Part shown: positions 1 to 36,706 of the stretch, in pieces
Layout of the letters: each line of letters starts with the position of its first letter
Numbering within the stretch: position 1 is the stretch's first letter
NCBI RefSeq assembly: GCF_009914755.1
Contig: NC_060931.1
Direction: 5' to 3' (one strand)
Source of the DNA: the human T2T-CHM13v2.0 reference genome, Homo sapiens
Length of the DNA stretch: 64,000 bases
The notes under the pieces: generated by a model
What the model saw: the letters and a program-made list of their open reading frames with translations, nothing else
What the model was told of the DNA's origin: nothing
The model's database searches: none
Position numbers and translations under genes: made by a program

Positions 1-515
1 CTGCAGCAAATCAACTATTTCACTCTTTAGTCCCCATGGCAAAAAAACATGGGTGTCCCTCTGCTACCAAGTGTATCTGTTAGAGGTTTAGCCACACAAA
101 GAGTGAGTGAGTATCTCTGTGTTTTGAGAGGGAAGGAATTCATTGGCCCAGTTTAGATCAGGACTTATCTTCAGGGAGTGGATGGTGGGTGGGCAGGATC
201 ACATGGTACAAAATAGCCACCACATCTATGGATGGGGATGGAGCAGTTATGGGTACATAGGGATATGGTAGACCATCCAAAACTTCCATTACAGTTATAC
301 ACATGTCTAACTCCCCAGTTAGATCGTGAGCTTCTCAAGGGCACTGACAGTGGCTCCTTCATCGTTGTGTGCTTTTGCCAAGAAATACATATTTATTAAA
401 TGAATTTATAACCAATTCTGTGGACCTTAACTTACACATTAGGCTCACACAAGCATCTGAAATAATGCATACAGATATTCTGATAGACATTTTAACATAT
501 AATAAACACTTTGTG

Positions 516-1346
<831 letters not shown>

Positions 1347-1383
1347 AGCTTTTTTTTAAAAAGAAAAAAAAAAAAAAAAGATT

Positions 1384-1812
<429 letters not shown>

Positions 1813-1884
1813 ATTTAAACTAGAACTTATTTTTTAATTGTGCAAGCCCTATGCTTACCTAAGGAAAGATACTAGATCCTTTAG

Positions 1885-2090
1885 AGATGTTTTTCAAAAG
1901 TATTGTCCATAGATGATCCACATCAGAATTACACAGGCTGCTTGTTAGAGAAGGTAAATTTTCAGTGTGCTTGTTTGCTCAACCTAACCTCTCAACCGAG
2001 AATCAGAATCACTGGGGCTAGGGCCTGGAAATCTGCTCTTTCAACAAACTCACCAAACAATCCCTGAGCTCAGAAAATCTTAAGAACCAC
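1885..2090. mobile_element. MER5A-like hAT MITE
   Basis: CATCAGAAT...GAATCAGAATC...GGAAATCTGC signature. Confidence 0.55.
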
Positions 2091-2971
2091 CAATAAATAA
2101 TTCAAACAAGTTTGAATCATTTACTGGACAGCAAGATAAATGTAACTAGTTTTTTTTTTTTCCTTTTTAGTTTAACACCAATCCCCACACCTACCAACTT
2201 AACTTGATTATCATCAAGAAGGGTCCAAACTCTTTTTGAAGAGGAAACAAACTGTCAAGCTTCAATAAGAGCACACAATTTCCTGTGAGGTTGAAGCAAA
2301 TGTTCTGCTTTCTTTATTAAGTTTATTTTAACTAAACTTGCTAAGCTTCCTCTAAATGTGTCATACTATCCCTACCCCCTTCCTTTTTTGAGCACTGCCA
2401 ATCACAGTCCCATTTCACATATGCAATTGTGCTCAGTGTCGTATTCTAATTGTCTAATACATTTGAAGTAAACACAATCCAATATACTTCTGATTTAATA
2501 TTCCCTTAGTTTAGGCTCTCCTGAGTTATTAATTCTTTTTAGACTCAGAATACTCTTATCTAATTTTGTCTTTCTTATTGAACTAAAAGTGATTCTTATA
2601 TGAAAAAAAAATAAGTAGAAACAATTTTTAAAACCCCAAATCTTGAATTTGAATATGATCAGAGGTCATTTATTAAGTAACAACAGAGGCAAATGACCAA
2701 TATTAGACCCCCTAAACTATCGTGACCCTATCTTTTGGAGTCTTATTTCTCAAAACACCACAAAGCTTTTTCTCCTCTGTAGTCATTATGCCACCCTGAA
2801 CTCATTCCCAACCGCTCATCTTTGCTTAGGCTGTGTCCCCATCTAGGGAAACCAAGCCTCACCTCCTCTTCAATTACTGCAACCCATTCTGCTAGTTCTC
2901 TTCTCTAAATTCTTATTCTAGTCACCATCATTACCACCTAATTTTTTAAATCTTCCCAAAGGAGATTTTGA

Positions 2972-3319
<348 letters not shown>

Positions 3320-4511
3320 GAGCACCATGTTTTCAACACTGAATACATCCTGTGTCCCATGCTCTGCTAGGTGCCAGGGGTACACATACTAATGCAACAC
3401 GGGCAGAGTCCTACAGGCATTATGGACTGATGGGTTGTTATCACCGGGGCTCACTAGAAATCTCAAGTTGTCTACAGAGTGAACTGGAACTGGAAACAAT
3501 CCTCAAGGCCCTCCATGATCTGTTTCTAATTTATTTTACTAATTGTATCCCGCCTTATTCTCTCCCCTTTGATCCAAATACATGGGGCTACTTGCCACTA
3601 GCCAAACACACCTGCCCCCTTTCTGTCTCTCTGAATTTGCTCACTTTGATCTCTGCTCCTGAAGTGACCTCACTTCTCTACCCATGTCGATTCTGACATA
3701 TCCTTGAGGACTCAGATTTCAAATGCCACCTTCTTCATGAAACATTATATTGCTTATGAAGTTCTAATTACGTCAGGTTTCTCAAAAAGAACCCCACATA
3801 ATACCAAGTGCAATGACTAGTTCTTGATTAAATCCTGGTTTGAACAAACCAGCTGTAAGATATTCTGGGGTCAATTGGGGAAATTTAAGTATGAACTGGG
3901 CACAAAATTATATTAAGAAATTATTGTTAAACTTATCAGGAATGATAACATTATCATAGTTATATAAAAAGTCATTATTTTTAGATATGAAAGTGAAATT
4001 AATGGGTTAAATGACATGATAGCTCAAAAATGGAAGAAGGAAACATGAGAAAATGGGAAAATTTGGTAATGGGAATACTGTAGATGTTTCTGGATTTCTA
4101 CTTTTCTGTGCATTTGAAAACATTTCTAACCAAAAGAGAAAACAAGAACTACAAAAATTTTTCTTGCCAATAAAAATAAAACATATTCAAAAAAATAAAA
4201 ATAAAACATATTCACTAAAGAAAATCTGGGGAAAAGGAAAAGTAACACAAATAGAGAGCAACAAATATCCTACCACGCAGAGATAATCATTATTTATATT
4301 ATGATGCCTTTCCTTCTATACATTTATAAACCAATTATTTTCTTTATTTTTTATTGACACAAAAATTATATATATTTATGGTATACAACATTGTGTTTTA
4401 AAATATATAATTCTTTTTATTTTACAAAATTGTGATGGCTCTGGACATATAGTTTTGTACTGATCTCAGATTTTAAAAGGACATATATAAAAGATAGAAA
4501 GAAGCACATAA

Positions 4512-4870
<359 letters not shown>

Positions 4871-5121
4871 TCAATGAAAAGTTAAAATACAAAAAAAAAA
4901 AAAAAAAAAGAAGGAAAACTTGCTAAACAGAGAGAATGGTGCAGACAAACCTTCCAATCCTTCCAGAGTTACATACCAGCAGTTAGTTCTCTAATAATCC
5001 TAGATCCCACAGATGGGCTTTTCGACGGTGCATTTCAAATGGTGCAGCCCAGAATCACTTACCTCTTTGCAGTTTCCAACATTTGTAGTTCTCACCGTGG
5101 GCTCTCCAGGCTACTACATGC

Positions 5122-5421
5122 TTTTTTCTTTTTTCCTTTTTTTTGAGACAGAGTCTTGCTCTGTCGCCCAGGCTTGAGCACAGTGGCCTGATCTCGGCTC
5201 ACTGCAACCTCCGCCTCCGAGGGTCAAGCGATTCTCCTGCCTCAGCCTCCTGAGTAGCTGGGATTACAGGCGTGCACCACCACGCCCAGCTAATTTTTGT
5301 ATGTTTAATAGAGACAGGGTTTCACCATGTTGGTCAGGTTGATCTCGACTCCTGACCTCGTGATCCACCCACCTCAACCTCCCAAAGTGCTGGGATTACA
5401 GGTTTGAGCCACCACGCCTGG
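5122..5421 (-). mobile_element. AluS
   Basis: Antisense Alu, TSD ctacatgcttttt. Confidence 0.93.
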
Positions 5422-5871
5422 TCTACATGCTTTTTGAAGGAAATCACCAGCCTGGCCAACTGGGATCCCCACAGTCATCAGCCACACGAGCTGAGCCATC
5501 ACTGCTGCTGACCCGTCTTGCCTGGAGTCTCCTGCCTTGCTCTACCCAGAACTCCCCTTTCCTAAAGCTCCTCGTCTACACCGTGTCACTGCTTCTCTCT
5601 TCACATACCTTCTTGCCAATGTTAGCTCCAGCAACATGACCCTCTTTCTTTACAGAGATACCATTCAAATATTTTAATTATTTTCATAATCATATGTAAT
5701 AATATTAAATATATTTTTAAGCTAAAAATTGCTACATGTCCCGTCACAACAACACAGCTGATTTTACTTTTATATTTTTTCATCTCTGTTGAAATTGGCC
5801 CATATTTCTTACTGTGAATATGTTTATATTGTTAAAATCTTACATACTATTACATAAGTTTTTTGGGTTCC

Positions 5872-6190
5872 ATTTTTTGTTTGTTTGTTTTCTTTTGTTT
5901 TTTTTGTGTGTGTTTTTGGAGACAGAATTTCTGTCACCCTGGCTGGAGTGCAGTGGTGCAATCTTGGCTCACTGCAACCTCCACCTCCTGGGTTCAAGCA
6001 GTTCTTGTGCTTCGGCCTCCCAAGTAGTTGAGATTACAGGTGCACACCACCACGCCCAGCGAAGTTTTGTATTTTTAGTAGGGATAGAGTTTTGCCATGT
6101 TGGCCAGGCTGGTCTCAAACTCCTGGCCTCAAGTCAGCTGCCCACCTTGGCCTCCCAAAGTGCTGGGATTACAGGCATGAGCCACCACTT
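5872..6190 (-). mobile_element. Alu (S/J)
   Basis: Antisense Alu. Confidence 0.9.
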
Positions 6191-6195
6191 CTGCT

Positions 6196-6312
6196 TTGAA
6201 TTCCATTTTAAATGGCCACATTATATATTCCACATAACTGAAATACCTTTTCCATTGAATTCCATTTTAAATGGCCACATTATGTATTCCAAAGAACTGA
6301 ATACCTTTTCCA
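6196..6312. repeat. Tandem duplication, 2 x about 59 bp
   Basis: TTGAATTCCATTTTAAATGGCCACATTAT...ATACCTTTTCCA occurs twice. Confidence 0.9.
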
Positions 6313-6703
6313 AGGACTTGAAATAAGTTGAAACTATTCACTGATTGTCAGATACTCTGTATACTTTATTCTACAACCTGATTTTTGCACCTCATATGTC
6401 ATGGACCTTTTTGCAAGTCAGTACATATGTTTTCTATGTTATTTTAAATGGCTGCGTAGCATTCTATAGTAAAGATACATTTTTCCAATTTTTAAATTCT
6501 TTTTGATTTTTCAATTTGTGTAATTTTTTCATTTTGAATCATTAATACACTTTATGCTGCAAAGAAAAAAAAACAAAAAAAAAAACAAAGAATAAAATGG
6601 CACACAGTGAAAAGTCTCTCTCCTCTCTTTTCAGTTCTCATCACCATCCCAGTATGTAACCTCCTTTCTTAATGTCTTACGTTTCCTTCCAGAGTTTATT
6701 TAG

Positions 6704-7100
<397 letters not shown>

Positions 7101-7542
7101 CTCATTTTGCTTTTTAAACGTAATGAGTTAACTTGGAGATCGTTCCAACTCAGTACAGAGAGAGTTTCCTAATTCTTTGTTCTATAGCTGCATGGCTTCC
7201 TACTTTGTGATGCCGTCCGTGACTTCCACATGAGGGACATTGTGGTCATCACTTTGAAGGCTAATCCCATCTCTACCTGTTAATTCCAAAACCTCATTCC
7301 AGCCATTATCCACCTTAATCCCTCTTGACTGTTTTGTTTTGTTTTGTTTTGTTTTGTTTCCTACGAACATGTTAGGTCTCTTATATGCTAACAGAGAACT
7401 TTCCCTTCACTCTGAAGTCCCTTAAGGCTCCCATAACCTTCAAAGCCAGACAGAGATGTCCACAGTTTCGTTCACAGCTTCCATTTCACCACCCATTCCT
7501 TCCTTGACACTGTGATATTCCTTCTTCTTCCCGTCTCAATTA

Positions 7543-7880
<338 letters not shown>

Positions 7881-8699
7881 TCAGCATCTTGGTCTATTTC
7901 TCTATCCTCCCCGCACTAACATCTGAAAATGGCACCTACCTATTCACTCATTAACCTCTTGGAAAATGACTTCTGCCCACCCTACCTGCTTTATACTAAA
8001 ACTGATCTCCAGTGTCACTTAACCTGTTAAGGGCCAGTAATCTCCCAGTAACCTGGCTGTGACTGCCTTCTTTAACCTCCACTCTTGGTGCTCCTGTTAT
8101 GCCTGCTTGTCACCACAGCCTAGCCCTAGAGATTCTATCTTTCCAATGCCTTCCCTTCTATCCTCTCCTAACCATCTATTATTCTGTCTATTACTCCTAA
8201 ATCAGTTCCTGATTTCTGATTATCTGGATGATGAGCAGCATGCTTCTAACAAATCTTTCTCTCTCCAGCCTCTTTCCCACTCCAACTGAAAACCATGGGT
8301 TTTCCATCATCCTTTTCTCCAAAACTCTTATTTCCAAGTCAATTAAGCACTAACTCCCCAATCTGATATTCAATTACTTCCGCAGTTTTAACACAATTCC
8401 ACATGTAACGGCATCGGTCAGCATTATGTCCCACTGCTATTCCAAGCATACCCTGTGCTCCAGCCACAGCAGTCTGCTTATTTTGCACGAAACACATGGC
8501 GTGCTTTTGCACCTCCAGGCTTTGGTTCACCCCCTTTTTTTTTAATCCACCTGGATTATGTTTCCCCTCCGTCTCTACTATTCTAAATCCCATCCTCCCC
8601 TAATTTCACTTGCCACGCTATCTTCACTAACCTTCTACCAAACGTATTATAATTATTTGTGCGGTTATCATATTTCCACACTGGATTCTTAATTCTGCT

Positions 8700-8910
8700 A
8701 AAACGAAATACTGTAATGCCTTTGATGAGCCTTCCATGTGCCAGCCATGTGCTAAGTGAGCTACATGCATTATCTCATTTAATCCTCAAATCGCCATCTA
8801 GGTCAGGACTCTCCCATTTAACATTAAACAAACTGAGGCTCCGAGAGATTAAGTAGCTTGCAGCTTTCACGCAGCTAATTATGGTGGAATCAGATTCCCT
8901 CCCCGAGGTT
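8700..8910. mobile_element. MIR
   Basis: ATCTCATTTAATCCTCA...AAACTGAGGCTC.GAGAG.TTAAGTAGCTTG core. Confidence 0.75.
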
Positions 8911-9886
8911 CACACTTGTATTAGTTAGGGTAGCCAGCATAATATATTCGCCAGCTACGCTGCACTCAACCTGTGTGTGCCGGATCAGCATGTTAAAAAC
9001 GGTGTCTGCAAGTAGACCAAGGGAAGAGGGGCTGCGGGGGCGGGAATTGAGACAGCAATGAATTAGGATGGCGGGATTGGCGGTGATGTTTCCAAATTTC
9101 CACTGTTGGGTTGTAGAGCTTCTGAAATAAGCATTTAAAATGTATAGTTACTAAACAAGATTGCATCTACCCTTGGTCTAATTGTTATGTGTAGGTTAGT
9201 TTTGTCTCCCTGATTTTATTGTCATCCCCCAGGGATTGTTTCTGTTCTCCCGCGTTCCCAGAGCTTTCGGCGCATTGCTCAACACACGGTGTGCGTACTT
9301 GTTGATTTTAATGTATGTGTGTTTGCATATGTGCACAGCAGCTGGGCGGAGGACGTGGGTGTGGGATGCACTGTGCATTCCTTCTCCTCACTCTTGTTCC
9401 TTTGAGCAGCTGCAGCCTGGATGCTTTCCCTTAGGGGTAGGGGAGTGGCAGAACCGCTGACCCTTTAACAAGTTATCCCTCACAGAACAGGTGTCTCCCC
9501 CGACTCTCGGTGGAGAGGGATGGCTGGATACTTAGTGACATCAGCCACGAGCCAATGGGAAGTCGGGCTCCAGCCGTCGCGCCAATGAGCGGCCGGGGGC
9601 GGGCCGGGTTTCCTGGGCGCCTGGCTGGCCGGGCTGGTCCTGCGGCCGCGGGTGAGTCTCGTCCGCTCGCGCTGCCCACCGCGGCTCCAGCAGCTCCAGG
9701 CGCGGTTCCCCGGCCCGCGCCGCTCCCGGCCCCCCGGCTCGGGCGCCTCCCGCCGCAGCGCAGGCTCCCCCGCCGGCCGGGCTCCTGCGCGGCGCGGCTC
9801 GGCTCATGCCCCCGGGCGCGGGGCACACAGGCCGGCCGGCAGCCGCTGGGAAATAGGCCCCCGGGGGCGGTGGCGGCGGCGGGGCC

Positions 9887-32779
<22,893 letters not shown>

Positions 32780-33714
32780 GAATCCATCCTGCACCTCCTC
32801 ACCATGGAAACTGGCAAGCCTCATAAACGAACAGCAGTGGGTGCTGAAAGCAGCACCAAATGGAGATTTGGATTCCAGCCCCCCAGTGACAGCCCAGTGG
32901 GAAGAAGCAAACTCCAGATGGGCAGAAGGCAGGGTGCACAGGTGGCTCCAGTCTCAGGAGGATGCGCCTCCTCTCCCCCATCCCAGCCCTCAGCATTGTG
33001 CCAGAGTGATACCCTTAAGTGTTTGGGTTTATGTTTTCAGTTTTGTTTGGGAAACAGCAGTTGCACAGAGAGTTGGGGGTACTGCTGCTGCCTTTTCACC
33101 GAGGCACTGCCACCACCAGCTCTAGCAGGGATGCTCCTGAGCTTGGCGGACATACTTAGATCCTAACGTGCCAGTGAGACCTGGCTGTGGAGAGTAGCAC
33201 TGGCAGCCCTGCCTGGACTCCACTTGGCATGATACCAGCTCCAGAAGGGAAGGGAGTGGAGCAGGCAGTGAGGAGAGAGCCTGGGGGTCGGCTGGGGACA
33301 GCCGTATGTGCTAGGTAGGAGTGGAGGGAGATATGTTTACCAAATGCCTGTCCTGCCATCCTCCCAGGTAGTCAGAGTGAGCTACATCCTGCCCCACCTT
33401 CATTTCCATGGAAACATGGCAGCTAGGACACGGGGTACAACAGCAGCCAAATTCTTCCCCACCTCCCTTACTTCGAAAAAAAGTTTGGAACCCTGGTCCC
33501 TATACTCTGCAGTCAGAAGTGGGACTGAGCCATACATGCCCTTGAATTCCTCCCTGTCTGGCCCTCCCTCTCCAGCAAGCAGGGTTTTCTTTAACTTGGC
33601 AGTGTGCAGAGGAGAAGTGGTAACACCCCCACCCCATTCCCCTGCATCGGAGCTCAGTATTCCTACAGGGTAAGAGGTAGGAATCTTGCTGGGACGAGGG
33701 GAGCCAGAAGTGGC

Positions 33715-33720
33715 AATAAA
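33715..33720 (+). terminator. Proximal polyadenylation signal AATAAA
   Basis: First canonical hexamer seen after the TSPAN33 stop. Confidence 0.7.
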
Positions 33721-33729
33721 AGCGTGTTG

Positions 33730-34530
33730 ACCTGGGCTACGCGGGACTCCATGAATTTTCCATTCTGGCAACTGGAAGGGGAGGTGTAGAAGGGCCCTGC
33801 AGAGGACGGCACTGGAGACTCTCCTAAACGCCACACACCTCCCCCTTGCTGCCCGCCACACGCGCGTCTCCTTCAACCGATGCATTGCCACCCTCCCACA
33901 GCCTCGCCCTCTGCTCTAAATTAGGTCGAAAGAGTCCCAGTTCCAATCTAGGAACAGCATAATTTTGTTCCAAAACCTGATCTGTGTTTTTCTAATTAAA
34001 ATTAATTTGTCACCCAAAACAGGAGGGGGATGGGGAGGAGGGACATGAGCACTCCGCTGGGGCCGGGACGGGGAATGAGGAGGAAGAAGGCCCTCTCTTC
34101 CCCTACCCGGGCCCTCCAGGACCTTCTCCCTGAGTCGGCTGTAGGGAGGACTCCGAGGAAGCTCGGCGCGGTGCGCTGGGCCTCCTGGCGCCGGGAGGAG
34201 CGCGCGAGGCAGGCGGGGCGGGCGCGTCCGGGGCGGGGCGCTGGACTTCGTGGGTGGTCCCCGCCCCCGCGGCGGCCTAGGCCCGCGCCTGCGTCCCCCA
34301 ACCCGGAGGAGATGGGGGGCTGTGCTAGCTGCTTGCCCAGCGAGTGTTCCCGGAGTCTCCTCGCCGCACCCCGCTATCGGGCGCTCAGACCAGGGGCTCG
34401 GCCTGGCGGGAAATAGCCTCGACCGAACTGCTGCGGGGACAAAGAGCCGCGAGTTCGCTCCCTGCCCCCAGTGTCTCCTAAGCGAGCCTTCTGCTCCTAG
34501 GAAGGCGCCTTTCCAGCAGCCGCTGGGACC
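33730..34530. promoter_or_regulatory. CpG island at the TSPAN33 3' end (promoter/enhancer-like)
   Basis: Dense CpG. GC box GGGGCGGGGC at 34230, GLI motif at 34251, E2F motif GGCGGGAAA at 34405. Confidence 0.8.
34249..34260 (-). promoter_or_regulatory. GLI consensus site GGACCACCCACG
   Basis: CGTGGGTGGTCC on the + strand. Confidence 0.55.
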
Positions 34531-34574
34531 CTGGCCAGTGTTTAGCTCCCAACTAGTAACAGACGGAAAGAAAA

Positions 34575-34602
34575 AATAAAATTATCCAGAATCTAGAATA
34601 AA
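34575..34602 (+). terminator. Distal polyadenylation signals (AATAAA x2)
   Basis: AATAAA at 34575-34580 and 34597-34602, with a U-rich tract downstream. Confidence 0.6.
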
Positions 34603-35186
34603 AAGTAAGGGCCTTTTATTCTGGGAGAGGACAGTTAAAAAGCGCGCTTTCTTGCTAACTTGCCTTTCTTGGTTAGTGCCAGAGACGTGCACTTTATAAA
34701 CTTATTTAAGTGACACGGACCCAGAAGTCGATGTCTTGGGTTAGAGGTTGGAGTGATGCGCCCTCTGGGTTCAGCGGCTTTGAGGAGCTCACCCTGCAGC
34801 GGGCTCCGTTTGGGGCCCCTTGGAGGAAGTAAGACCAGGAACCGTGATCCTCAGAATGATTATTCAAATCTGGATTTTCAAAACTAAGAACTACACTTTC
34901 ACCATCGCCTCTACTGTCTCTCAGTATCTAGCCTCCTGGGTCTGGACTAAAAGGCTGGGAACTTCTGCCCATGCCCCAGACTTTATAACGCACAGAGCAA
35001 ATGTTCAGTATAGTGCAGTTCAGGGTTCCTAGCTAGATTGCAAATTGCCAATGTCTCTGATTCTCAGTCTGTAGCTTTCTTTCTCTTCGGCCTGATGCTG
35101 GGGAAGAAAATACGCGAAGTTTTATATTTCATGTTTGCTCCTTGAATTTCTACCTATTTCTAGTAACCCTCCTCCCAAACACACAC

Positions 35187-35739
35187 TGTTACCAGACACA
35201 CACTGTTACCGGGAGTCCTTCCCAAGAGAGGGTTCTTGGATCTGACACAAGAAAGAATTCAGGGCAAGTCCATAAAGTGAAAGCAAGTTTATTAGAAAAG
35301 TAAAGGAATAAAGAATGGCTACTCCATAGACAGAGCAGCCCCAAGGGCTGCTGGTTGCCCATTGTTAGGGTTATTTCTTGATGATATGCTAAACAAGGGG
35401 TGGATTATTCATGCCTCACCTTTTTAGACCATGTAAGGTAACTTCCTGACGTTGCCATGGCATTTGTAAACTGTCGTGGTGCTGATGGGAGCGTAGCAGT
35501 GAGGACGACCAGAGGTCACTCTCGTCAACATTTTGGTTGTGGTGGGTTTTGGCCGGCTTCTTTACCGCAATCTGTTTTATCAGCAAGGTATTTCTGACCT
35601 GTATCTTGTGCCGACCTCCTATCTCATCCTGTGACTTAGAATGCCTTAATCTGCTGGGAATGCAGCCCAGTAGGTCTCAGCCTTATTTTACCCAGCGCCT
35701 ATTGAAGATGGAGTTGCTCTGGTTCAAATGCTTCTGACA
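35187..35739 (-). mobile_element. MER41 (MER41A-like) ERV1 solo LTR
   Basis: Reverse complement begins TGTCAGAAGCATTTGAACCAGAGCAACTCCATCTTC and follows the MER41 consensus as recalled; ends ...GTAACA. Confidence 0.88.
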
Positions 35740-35994
35740 CCACTACTTTAGAATAGCTAATCAAATGTAGGCCGCAAAGGTGGTTGAATGAAAGGAGATT
35801 CTTGGGGACAGCAGAAATCAGGCTTGGTACACAGAGGTGGAGAGAAAGGCCTGAAGGATGGTGAAAACCTGCCAGGGTGGCATGCCAAGAAAGGCACCAC
35901 TAAGTTCTGCGGGCCTTAAGCCCTGCAGTTAAACAAAGACTTGTGCCCAGAAGAGCAAATTTTGCAGAATGTTCAGTGAAATTCTGATTTCCTC

Positions 35995-36443
35995 CTATCA
36001 GGTTTTTATTGCTACTGTTACAAATTACCAGACACTTAGTAGTTTAAAGCAACACAAATTTATCTTACATTCTGGAAGTAAGAAGTCCAAAATGGGTCTC
36101 ACTGAGCTAAGATCAAGGTGTGAGCAGGGCTGTATTCCTTCTCGGGGGCTTCAGGGGAGAATCCATCTTTCCTGCTCCCAGAGGCCGCGTGCATACCTTT
36201 GGGTGGTCCCTTTCTCCAACTTCTGTCATCACATCTCCTTTTTCTCTGACTCTCCTACTGCCCCCTGACAGGACCCCTGTGATTGTATTGGCCCATCTAG
36301 ATTATCCAGGATGCCCTTCCCCCATGAAGATCATGAATCTCGCCACGTCTACAAAGTCCCTTTTAGTATGTAAGGAAAGAGATGCATCGGTTCTGGGGAT
36401 TAGGGCATGGACATTTTTGGGGTGGCATGATTTAGCTCATTAC
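35995..36443 (-). mobile_element. MLT1-family LTR
   Basis: ACAAATTACC...CTTAGTAGTTTAAAGCAACACAAATTTAT and GGGATTAGGGCATGGACAT signatures. Confidence 0.75.
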
Positions 36444-36706
36444 ATCCCCCTTTCCAGCCTCATGAATGCCTTCAGGTGCGGGGCATTTGGGAATGAGCTG
36501 ATGTTGGATGCTGGCAAGAGTTTGAGGTAGGTGTTCTCTGGTCTTCTTTCTGATAATTATGTAACGTCTATCAAGTGCTTATGATGCACCAGGCACATAT
36601 TTATTATGAAGTTCAATACGCAGCCTTGGCTATTTTCTGACTTATCCTCATCCTGAAGACCAGATATGTTAACAGGGCCAGAGACCAGGTTCAAAAAGGA
36701 GAGCAG

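Larger units (their letters stand above)
32780..34620 (+). other. TSPAN33: TSPAN33 3' UTR (short form to about 33740, long form to about 34600)
   Basis: Follows the stop codon; AATAAA at 33715, 34575 and 34597; ends are inferred from these signals. Confidence 0.7.

Noticed and set aside
9545-9556. CCACG next to CCAAT as an ER-stress element
   Set aside because: Order and spacing fit neither ERSE (CCAAT-N9-CCACG) nor ERSE-II (ATTGG-N-CCACG)
34758-34772. CTCF-like GCGCCCTCTGGGTT (also TCTGCAGGGGGCGT near 10150)
   Set aside because: Mismatches at the key CC positions; too weak without ChIP data
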